Below are positions 9,741 through 16,304 of a DNA stretch of 24,000 nt, one piece after another; the first letter of the stretch is position 1, and every line of letters begins with the position of its first letter. Both the position numbers and the translations under genes were made by a program. The stretch spans positions 203,434 to 227,433 of the forward strand of contig NZ_PGGK01000004.1 of assembly GCF_004745425.1 (NCBI RefSeq), given 5' to 3'. Under the pieces are notes generated by a model. It made no database searches. It worked only from the letters and a program-made list of their open reading frames with translations, and was not told the DNA's origin. Source of the stretch: Methanolobus halotolerans (GTDB taxonomy: Archaea > Halobacteriota > Methanosarcinia > Methanosarcinales > Methanosarcinaceae).

Positions 9741-10448
9741 TCACCCATACATCGGGAATTCCTTTCTCGGACCCGGAGGCTGTTCGCTTGTCCTGATATC
9801 CTCTGCAAGCCTTTGCATTTCTATTTCGATCTTCTCTGCCTGTTCTATGAGACTTTCGGTATTAACATTAAGATCATAAAGGAGATTTAATACGTCTATC
9901 ACAACTGCAGCTGCCCGTGGGTCAGGATTCTGGCTCCTTGTCGATCCCAGCAGACTTATAGCAGGCATATGGCGTACCAGACACTCGGACATTATACTCC
10001 CCGAAATACCGGATATCGTCCCCATCTTGAAAAGTTCCACCTTATCCTTTATCTTCTCCAGCATCTCATTATTTGTTGCTGCACCGAAGACCTGATGGTC
10101 CTCGCTCATCGTGGCAATTCCAGCAAGAGAAACAACTTCCTTGACATTGATAGATTGTGCCCAGTCAAGAAAAGCCTTACTTATATCATAGGCTACCACT
10201 GGGTTTACAGGAATGTCAGACACCACCATGACAATATTGTTCTCGACGCTTTCATAGATCCTTACTGGCATGTTTATGAGCCCCTCATAAAGGACAGTTA
10301 TGGGAGGAAAATGCCTTGAGTCCATAGAACCCATATATTCCATTTTGAGCTCATCGATTATTTGCTGGCTTGCAATATTACCAACCAGCCCAATCCCCGG
10401 AAAGCCTTCTATAAGAACAGGACTCTCAGACTTTATTGTACTTGTCAT
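9741..10448 (-). CDS. PAC2-family protein (proteasome assembly chaperone-like, COG1938)
   Basis: SPVLIEGFPGIGLVGNIASQQIIDEL is the hallmark N-terminal PAC2 motif. The track ORF starts at TTG 10502. The ATG at 10448 (MTSTIKSESPVLIEG…) gives the usual ~10 residues before the motif. Confidence 0.8.
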   Translation of the reverse strand: MTSTIKSESPVLIEGFPGIGLVGNIASQQIIDELKMEYMGSMDSRHFPPITVLYEGLINMPVRIYESVENNIVMVVSDIPVNPVVAYDISKAFLDWAQSINVKEVVSLAGIATMSEDHQVFGAATNNEMLEKIKDKVELFKMGTISGISGSIMSECLVRHMPAISLLGSTRSQNPDPRAAAVVIDVLNLLYDLNVNTESLIEQAEKIEIEMQRLAEDIRTSEQPPGPRKEFPMYG

Positions 10449-10627
10449 TATCTTTACATCATTATCATCGTAATCTGTTTCTGACAAAAAATCACCTTCC
10501 AAAAGGAACTAAGTCAACTCCCTGATGAAGATATATACTTGCTACATAGATAAGAGCATCGTTTGCCATTACAATAACTTATATCAGATAAACGAAGCAA
10601 TGGTATATTCAGAATCCAGGTGATAAA

Positions 10628-11215
10628 ATGGAAAGATCAATAACATATTTTGAAGATGTAGGACCAGAGAACACTCAAGAACTTCTGAAAGCATCTGCAA
10701 AAAGAGCAGCTGAACTCGGGATCGAATATGTGGTACTTGCCAGTACAAGTGGAGAGACCGCATTAAAGGCAGCTGAAGAATTCAAAGACCAGAAAGTGAA
10801 GATAATTGCGATCACACATCAGTACGGCCTGAAAGAGAGCGGCAAATGGGAAGTTGATGAGGACAAGCTTAAAAAACTTAATGAACTGGGAATTGTTATG
10901 ACAACCCAGTCACACATGTTCTCAGGTGTAGAGAGGGCAATCCAGAAGCGCATAGGAGGCGCCAGCAGGGCGGACGTGATCTCTGATACACTTCGTGCGG
11001 TCTTCGGAAAAGGTTTCAAGGTAGCTATTGAATGCGCCATGATGGCAGCGGATTCGGGACACATACCTGTTTCAAAGGACACGGAGATAATTGCCATTGG
11101 CGGAACCCGATGGGGAGCTGATGTTTCAGTGGTACTCAGGCCTGCACACTCATTTGACTTTTTCAGCATGCAGGTGAAGGAGATCATAGCCATGCCCCGG
11201 AATAAAGAGGAATGA
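10628..11215 (+). CDS. Pyruvate kinase C-terminal (alpha/beta) domain-like protein
   Basis: The 195 aa include YFEDVGPENTQELLKASAKRAAELGIEYVVLASTSGETALKAAE…KIIAITH and …IIAIGGT, resembling the stand-alone PK_C-like family common in methanogens. AGGTGAT SD upstream. Confidence 0.72.
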   Translation: MERSITYFEDVGPENTQELLKASAKRAAELGIEYVVLASTSGETALKAAEEFKDQKVKIIAITHQYGLKESGKWEVDEDKLKKLNELGIVMTTQSHMFSGVERAIQKRIGGASRADVISDTLRAVFGKGFKVAIECAMMAADSGHIPVSKDTEIIAIGGTRWGADVSVVLRPAHSFDFFSMQVKEIIAMPRNKEE

Positions 11216-11311
11216 GAGAATAATTATCAGAGATATCCGAAGGCCTAAAAATGTCCGGGCATTCAATGCAATATTTGTGAAGAATTGAGCAGGATAATAA
11301 AAAAACTAACT

Positions 11312-11491
11312 TTATCTTTTATCCTTTTTTTTATCCTCATCCGGAAGGTCGCAAATGTCAGATTCCTTTGAATTCCTTATTTTACCGGACTCCGAACCCA
11401 TGGATGTAGCCATCTTGAGAAAATACGCAGTCAGCAATACAAACACTGCAAAAACTACAACTGCAATTACCAGAACTGTTAGTGTATCCAT
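11312..11491 (-). CDS. Possible small membrane protein (59 aa), below the ORF-track cutoff
   Basis: I translated this by hand: ATG at 11491, MDTLTVLVIAVVVFAVFVLLTAYFLKMATSMGSESGKIRNSKESDICDLPDEDKKKDKR, TAA at 11312-11314. It has one clear TM helix and a charged tail. A T7 run follows the stop on the minus strand. It has no SD, and it starts immediately after the putative mtd terminator. Confidence 0.3.
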   Translation of the reverse strand: MDTLTVLVIAVVVFAVFVLLTAYFLKMATSMGSESGKIRNSKESDICDLPDEDKKKDKR

Positions 11492-11522
11492 AAAAAAGTA
11501 GAGAAAAGTACCAGATGGTACT
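11492..11522 (-). terminator. Putative mtd terminator (palindrome + oligo-T on minus strand)
   Basis: Directly after the mtd TAA (11523-11525), the minus strand reads AGTACCATCTGGTACT (inverted repeat AGTACCA/TGGTACT, 11507-11522), then TTTTCTCTACTTTTTT. Confidence 0.4.
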
Positions 11523-12344
11523 TTACTGTGGTTTCTCGTAGAGCCGGGTCTTGGTCATCAGGTTTCCTTTCTTGGAGTGTGCCTGTCTGAAGACGCTGTC
11601 GTTAGCCTTCTCTATTTCCCTTGCCTCGATTGCCATCTGCGCTGCTGCGCGCATCATCTCGTGACCTGCTGCTGTTGTGAGCGCAACCTGTTCGAGTTCC
11701 TTCATCATGAAGCATGCAGGGAAGTTGATCTTTGCGACCATATCTGCCATATGGAGTGCTGCCAGTCCCTTTGCCTTTGCGTACGGATTGTTGAAACCTG
11801 CTCTCTCTATGCATTTCTCCGGTTTTGCGAGTATGTGCGGAAGTTCAAGTTCCTTACCTTCGTCAGCCATTGCAGTAACCTTGTCGAGTTCTTCCTGAAT
11901 GAGCCTTACAACACCACAGGTTGAAAGGACCTTCATTGCGTCGGAGTTGAATGATGCCATCTCCACAGGGTCGAGGAACTCTGTCTTTGCACCGATGAGC
12001 GGGTCAACGGTCATGATTATATAACCAAAGCCTGCTTCCTCAAGAGCTGCGCGGTCGTCCTTCTTGGTAGGACCGTCGGAAATAACGATGCATGGAACGT
12101 CCTTGTAAAGTTCACGTGCTGCGGTTGGCCCGGGTGCGCTTGAGTTAGGGCTGATCATGACGTAGAAATCAGCATCGAATTTTTTAAGCTCCTCTGTTGC
12201 GGCTGCTTCGTCTTTGCCCATTTTTGGACCGGTTCCGAAAACACGAACAGTGATCCCTTCTCTTGCTGCGATTTCGTCCTGTACCAGATCAATAACCTGG
12301 CTCATACCAAGGTTACCTAGTTTAATGAATCCAATCTTTGCCAT
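11523..12344 (-). CDS. mtd: F420-dependent methylenetetrahydromethanopterin dehydrogenase
   Basis: The 273-aa ORF opens with MAKIGFIKLGNLG, the characteristic Mtd N-terminus. Length and overall sequence are typical of Methanosarcinales Mtd. Confidence 0.95.
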   Translation of the reverse strand: MAKIGFIKLGNLGMSQVIDLVQDEIAAREGITVRVFGTGPKMGKDEAAATEELKKFDADFYVMISPNSSAPGPTAARELYKDVPCIVISDGPTKKDDRAALEEAGFGYIIMTVDPLIGAKTEFLDPVEMASFNSDAMKVLSTCGVVRLIQEELDKVTAMADEGKELELPHILAKPEKCIERAGFNNPYAKAKGLAALHMADMVAKINFPACFMMKELEQVALTTAAGHEMMRAAAQMAIEAREIEKANDSVFRQAHSKKGNLMTKTRLYEKPQ

Positions 12345-12405
12345 GTAAAATCACAGTAGTGCAATGTTCGGAGTAGCATATATTACTTTTGGAATAATAC
12401 CGGCA

Positions 12406-12432
12406 CCTGTATTCAGGAGTAACGGATACAGG
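12406..12432 (-). terminator. Hairpin downstream of the stressosome-like operon (possible terminator)
   Basis: CCTGTAT-N13-ATACAGG is a perfect 7-bp inverted repeat, 25 nt past the histidine kinase stop. An AT-rich segment follows that probably holds the mtd TATA box (GTAATATATGC on the minus strand, about 12376-12386). Confidence 0.35.
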
Positions 12433-12456
12433 ACAAAGCAGGAAAATTTTATTTAA

Positions 12457-13482
12457 TTAACTTACCTGAGCTTTATCGAGCCTGACCCAGAAAGTGCTGC
12501 CCTCTTCAGGAAAATTGCTGTCCACACCAACACTGCCGTTGTGAAGAGTTACAATCTTATGCACAATTGCAAGACCAAGACCTTTCCCCCTGATACTTCC
12601 CTTTTTTGCTTTATCCAGCCTTGAAAAGCGTTTAAATATAAATTCACAGTCCTCCTCGGGAATGCCACTTCCCCGGTCCTTCACACATGCCTGCCATTGA
12701 TCATCTGAGTCTGAGATGGATATTTCCACATGGCTTCCCTTCGGGCTGTACTTGATCGCATTGGATACAAGATTCGCAAAGACCAGTTTTATCGTAGAGT
12801 GCACCAATACAGGATACCGGCCCTCTGTTTCCAGACATATGGTCATTTCCTTTTTTTCGAATTCCGGTGTGAACTCATCTGCAATATTCCTGAGGATCAC
12901 TCCGAGGTCATCCGCTGAAAAATCCAGTCCGGTCACAGAATCAAGTTTGGCAAGTTCCGCTGCCTGTTCTATAATATTGATCAGGTTAATATTACTTTTT
13001 TCAATATTGGAAAGCAAGGACTTCTTCTTTTCATCGTCCTCCAATTCAAGCAGAATGCCGACAAAGCCGTTGATCAGAGATGCAGGATTTAACAGATCAT
13101 GACGCAGGATATCTGCAAAAAGTTCTTTCAACTGGTTAGAATACTGCAGTTCCTCTGAATAGACCATAAGTTCCTGCTTGTTCTTTTCCAGATCCTCGAT
13201 CCATCGCCTGAAAGCAAGTCCATAAGCCATCATGACTTCTACAAGAGGTGTTGAAAGGAAACCTACTGACTCCATCATTCTCTTGGGAGGAAGTTCAGTG
13301 GTCAATCTTGAAACTGCAGTTTCATGCAACTCGATGATATCTTCTGGAGGAACGTTGAATTTTACCAGTTCATAACCCAGATCTTCAGATCTCATAAGAT
13401 ACTTTTCTTCATGTGTCTCGACATAACCCCTTAAAATCTTATAATACCTGTCTTTGAATTCCGTTTTTGTAATATTCATCAC
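12457..13482 (-). CDS. Soluble sensor histidine kinase with RsbU-N-terminal-like (RsbT-binding) domain + HisKA + HATPase_c
   Basis: N-terminal residues ~8-95 (KDRYYKILRGYVETHEEKYL…VPPEDIIELHETAV…LVEVMMAYGLAF) align well with the B. subtilis RsbU N-domain as remembered (EQRYHQLLSRYI…IPPEEIISIHRKVL…LIEVMIGYGMAY). A coiled coil follows. The H-box is FADILRHDLLNP (His codon 13099-13101). The N-box is ANLVSNAIKY. The G-boxes are DRGSGI and GKGLGLAI. No TM segments. The start is GTG 13482 or ATG 13479, and both overlap the upstream TGA. Confidence 0.9.
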   Translation of the reverse strand: MMNITKTEFKDRYYKILRGYVETHEEKYLMRSEDLGYELVKFNVPPEDIIELHETAVSRLTTELPPKRMMESVGFLSTPLVEVMMAYGLAFRRWIEDLEKNKQELMVYSEELQYSNQLKELFADILRHDLLNPASLINGFVGILLELEDDEKKKSLLSNIEKSNINLINIIEQAAELAKLDSVTGLDFSADDLGVILRNIADEFTPEFEKKEMTICLETEGRYPVLVHSTIKLVFANLVSNAIKYSPKGSHVEISISDSDDQWQACVKDRGSGIPEEDCEFIFKRFSRLDKAKKGSIRGKGLGLAIVHKIVTLHNGSVGVDSNFPEEGSTFWVRLDKAQVS

Positions 13483-14060
13483 CCTGTCATATACACAAGT
13501 ATAGTTGCATCATCTGTCATGCGACCGTGATCCCCGAGTAGTGTTCTGGCCAGTTCCTGTTCATCCTGAAGCAGATACCTATCGTACGCCGAAAGCTTGA
13601 GACTTTCAGGTATACCATCTGTCCACATAAGAAGGAGGTTATCAGGAGATAACTGTGTTCTCTCAATGTGCAAATGCCTGAAACCGCCTCCCACGATACC
13701 CCAGCTTGAAGAAAAGTGAGAAACATCTTCCCCGTAAATCATAGCACGTGTGTTCCCGATACCTCCATACTCAAGGCTGTACTCATTCTGATCCACACGG
13801 ACAATACCCATGGCCACACCTCTTGTTTGTTTGACAGCCCTGTCACATCCCGAAAAGAGAGTATCCAGAGATTCACCGAGATGGGAAGAGACATACCCAA
13901 GAGCAGCTTTTGCAGCTTCCTCTGCATGTATTCCATGACCCAGTCCGTCGATCATACAGAGGGTCAGAAGATCATTTTCAAGCCACCAGTCACACTGGTC
14001 CCCACAATGTACGTCTCCATTGAACGAACGGGATTCCATTGCTATTCGCAAAAATACCAC
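13479..14060 (-). CDS. RsbX-like PP2C/SpoIIE-family serine phosphatase
   Basis: The protein is 186-193 aa. CGD…MIDGLGHG…RG…GIGN…WTDG reproduce the metal-binding motif order of B. subtilis RsbX (CGD, DGLGSG, GNV, TDG), and the size matches. The start is GTG 14060, which overlaps the upstream gene by 19 nt, or ATG 14039, 2 nt after its stop. Confidence 0.85.
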   Translation of the reverse strand: MVFLRIAMESRSFNGDVHCGDQCDWWLENDLLTLCMIDGLGHGIHAEEAAKAALGYVSSHLGESLDTLFSGCDRAVKQTRGVAMGIVRVDQNEYSLEYGGIGNTRAMIYGEDVSHFSSSWGIVGGGFRHLHIERTQLSPDNLLLMWTDGIPESLKLSAYDRYLLQDEQELARTLLGDHGRMTDDATILVYMTG

Positions 14061-14485
14061 AACCTGCTTCTAATACATGTTTTGAAATCGTCAGTTACCA
14101 AAATGTCAAGTTCATCCATCAACCTTTCAACTGCAGGAAGACCTGATCCAAGACCCGGTCCCGTTGAATAACCATCCTGCAAAGCCATATTCACATCCTT
14201 TATCCCCGGACCAGAGTCGATTGAAATAATCTCAATCCCGATGCATCCGTTTTTCCTGATCCCTCTGATAGATATGGTACCACCTGCAGAAGTGTGATAC
14301 ACAAGATTAGAGGCAAGTTCAGATGCTGAAATTGCTGCCTTGAATATGTACAGTTCCGGAAAACCAAGTATCCTTGTGATTGCCCGTACTTTGGTCTGAA
14401 CGTTTGCGACATGAGAGGTCTTTGTTACCTCCACTTTTGCCTCAAGATTCCCTCCAGCAGAACCGGGAGCAGGGATATCAGACAT
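14042..14485 (-). CDS. Second RsbT/RsbW-like GHKL serine kinase (anti-sigma-regulatory-factor family ATP-binding protein)
   Basis: The 147 aa carry an N-box (ELASNLVYH), G1 (DSGPGI), …LQDGYSTGPGLGSGLPAVERLMDE. It is a paralogue of the preceding RsbT-like gene. Its ATG at 14485 overlaps the upstream stop (ATGTCTGA). Confidence 0.85.
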   Translation of the reverse strand: MSDIPAPGSAGGNLEAKVEVTKTSHVANVQTKVRAITRILGFPELYIFKAAISASELASNLVYHTSAGGTISIRGIRKNGCIGIEIISIDSGPGIKDVNMALQDGYSTGPGLGSGLPAVERLMDELDILVTDDFKTCIRSRLWYFCE

Positions 14486-14888
14486 GTGGACGACTCATTT
14501 CCAGATTTATCTTTGTCAATCCGGGCTGCGACTCTATCTGAAAATCATTAACAAGCCTCTTTGCACCGGGGAGGCCTGCACCCAGTCCTCCACCAGTTGT
14601 ATAACCATCTTCCATAGCCTTGTCCACATCAACAATGCCTGGCCCATAATCCTCGATCTCTACTTTAATACATATCTCTGAAGAAGAAGTTCCCGTAACA
14701 ATATGACATACACCTTCTCCTGCATATTTGATCACATTTCTTGTCAGCTCGGAGATCGCAGTGGCCATACGTGTCTGATCAGCAGAGCCAAAGCCTATAT
14801 CAGCCATTTTTTTCCTTGCAGTCTGCCTGGCTATTAGGATGTCATCTTCATTTCGAAGATCTATGCTAATCTCACTTATTTCAATCAA
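14478..14888 (-). CDS. rsbT: RsbT-like stressosome serine kinase (GHKL)
   Basis: The 136 aa read [42 protein letters not shown]…[38 protein letters not shown]. This closely parallels B. subtilis RsbT as remembered (DIVAARQLGRNVAKELGFGTVDQARITTAISELARNIYLYAG…[38 protein letters not shown]). A TTG start overlaps the rsbS stop (TTGATTGA). Confidence 0.9.
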   Translation of the reverse strand: [136 protein letters not shown]

Positions 14889-15246
14889 CCCCTTCGTTGA
14901 ACATTTTTACCAGTTTGTCAAAACCTTTGTCAAGATTCAGTGCGGTATCCACACCGATCAGCTCACGCCCCATTTCAACCAGTGTCAGCGCAACCATTGG
15001 TTGCATGCCACAGAGGACAACCCTTGCACCCATTAGACGTGCCATTCTTGCGGTCTCATTGATGACACGGGCCATGAAAGAGTCGATTATGTCCATTGCC
15101 GTGATGTCTATGACAAGACCTTTAGCACCGCTTTTCTCCAGAGTTGACATGACATCGGACTGGTATTTCAGTGCGTCATCATCGTTCATATCACTCTGTA
15201 TCGAGGTGAGAAGAATATTTTTCAATTTCAGTATTGGAATTTCCAC
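14881..15246 (-). CDS. rsbS: RsbS-like single-STAS-domain stressosome scaffold protein
   Basis: I trimmed the track ORF (to 15324) to GTG 15246, which is preceded by GAGGTGA (15251-15257). That gives 121 aa, the same length as B. subtilis RsbS. IPILKLKNILLTSIQ…GLVIDITAMDIIDSFMARV…MGARVVLCGMQPMVALTLVEMG matches remembered RsbS IPILKLYNCLLVSIQ…GVVIDLTSVDMIDSFIAKV…[22 protein letters not shown]. The phospho-acceptor Ser in IIDSF is conserved (codon 15079-15081). Confidence 0.9.
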   Translation of the reverse strand: MEIPILKLKNILLTSIQSDMNDDDALKYQSDVMSTLEKSGAKGLVIDITAMDIIDSFMARVINETARMARLMGARVVLCGMQPMVALTLVEMGRELIGVDTALNLDKGFDKLVKMFNEGVD

Positions 15247-15260
15247 ATAATCACCTCTGC

Positions 15261-16061
15261 TTACACAAGTTTTCTTCCTACAAGTGTGAAGGCTTTTGAT
15301 ACACCATCTTTTAACGAGCCACATGTGATAATATCACTTAGGTCAACCCCAAGAGTTACAAGAGTCTGGGCAACATTGGGGCTGAAACCGGTTATGATAA
15401 TTTCAGCGCCAAGCATTTTACCCGCACTGACAGTCTTGAGAATATGCTGTGCAACGCTGGTATCGATCATCGGAACACCGGTCACATCAAGTATCGCCAC
15501 GGTGGCTTCGTTCTCAACTATAGATGAAAGGAGATTCTCAATAATCTGCTGGGCACGCATAGTGTCAATCACCCCTACAAGCGGAAGTATTACAATACCT
15601 TCCCAGAGTTTGATAACCGGAGTAGAAAGCTCCATTATAGTTCGGCTGTGTTCCTGAACTTCTTCCTCGATCTTCACCCTCTCGGTAATATCAATGACGT
15701 ACTCGACTCCGCCCACAATATTACCATCCTTATCTCTCAAAGGTGACGCAGTGTATTCGATGGGGAAGGTCTTGCCTCCGGTTGTAATCTCATTTCTCCA
15801 TACATACTTCCTGTCATTTTTCATTGCCTGCTTGACGCGGCAGTTATCTGTTCTGCAATGGGAGGACTGCACAAAGTCATAACACTTCTTACCCTCGACA
15901 TTTTCAAAATCGTCCCCCATCCATTCGCATCCTGTGTTGTTTAAGAACAGTATATTAAAATCCAGATCAACGGCCATCACCATACATGGAAGTTGATTAA
16001 GCACATCCTTTGCAATATCCACATTTTCCACATTATCTGAACTTACATTTTCGTTAACCAT
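15261..16061 (-). CDS. RsbR-like stressosome sensor: N-terminal Cys-rich PAS domain + C-terminal STAS domain
   Basis: 266 aa. Residues ~20-128 look like a PAS fold (…MVMAVDLDFNILFLNNTGCEWMG…GKKCYDF…PIEYTASPLRDKDGNIVGGVEYVIDITERV). Residues ~145-260 are an RsbR-type STAS domain (STPVIKLWEGIVILPLVGVIDTMRAQQI…VAILDVTGVPMIDTSVAQHI…GAEIIITGFSPNVAQTLVTLGVDL). The Thr equivalent to the RsbR phospho-site in V(D)T is present (codon 15459-15461). A GGAGGT SD lies upstream (16065-16074). Confidence 0.9.
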   Translation of the reverse strand: MVNENVSSDNVENVDIAKDVLNQLPCMVMAVDLDFNILFLNNTGCEWMGDDFENVEGKKCYDFVQSSHCRTDNCRVKQAMKNDRKYVWRNEITTGGKTFPIEYTASPLRDKDGNIVGGVEYVIDITERVKIEEEVQEHSRTIMELSTPVIKLWEGIVILPLVGVIDTMRAQQIIENLLSSIVENEATVAILDVTGVPMIDTSVAQHILKTVSAGKMLGAEIIITGFSPNVAQTLVTLGVDLSDIITCGSLKDGVSKAFTLVGRKLV

Positions 16062-16304
16062 CTAATACCTCCTGGTTAAAAACGTGATTAAAAAGCATAA
16101 TACAAGATAATAATATATTATAATATATAATAATTAGCTATATATAAACAGATCACATGCAATCTTTTTTAGCATCAACTCAAAAAAAGGGCTTAGTTTG
16201 AAAGTATTTGTCCGAAAACCTTAAAAGCAATGTGACTTATTTCACATCAATCTCGGCACTTAAATACTGTTTCATGACGGGATTTAAAATCTAGGTTTGA
16301 TCAA
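16062..16304. promoter_or_regulatory. AT-rich divergent intergenic region: probable promoters of the stressosome-like operon (minus) and serB (plus)
   Basis: These 243 nt lie between divergent starts and hold multiple TATA-like elements. There is a 16-bp perfect palindrome ATATATTATAATATAT (16113-16128), TATATAAACA (16141-16150), and an inverted repeat ATGTGA-N6-TCACAT (16230-16247) about 58 nt upstream of serB. Confidence 0.5.

Noticed and set aside
9737-9808. N-terminal 24-codon extension of the 9347-9808 ORF
   Set aside because: The extension overlaps the 3' end of the PAC2 gene. An ATG at 9736 lies 4 nt after that gene's stop, which gives a more parsimonious coupled start.
15247-15324. 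N-terminal extension of the RsbS ORF (track start 15324)
   Set aside because: The extension overlaps the 3' end of the RsbR-like gene. The GTG at 15246 has a GAGGTGA SD and yields a 121-aa protein that aligns end to end with RsbS.
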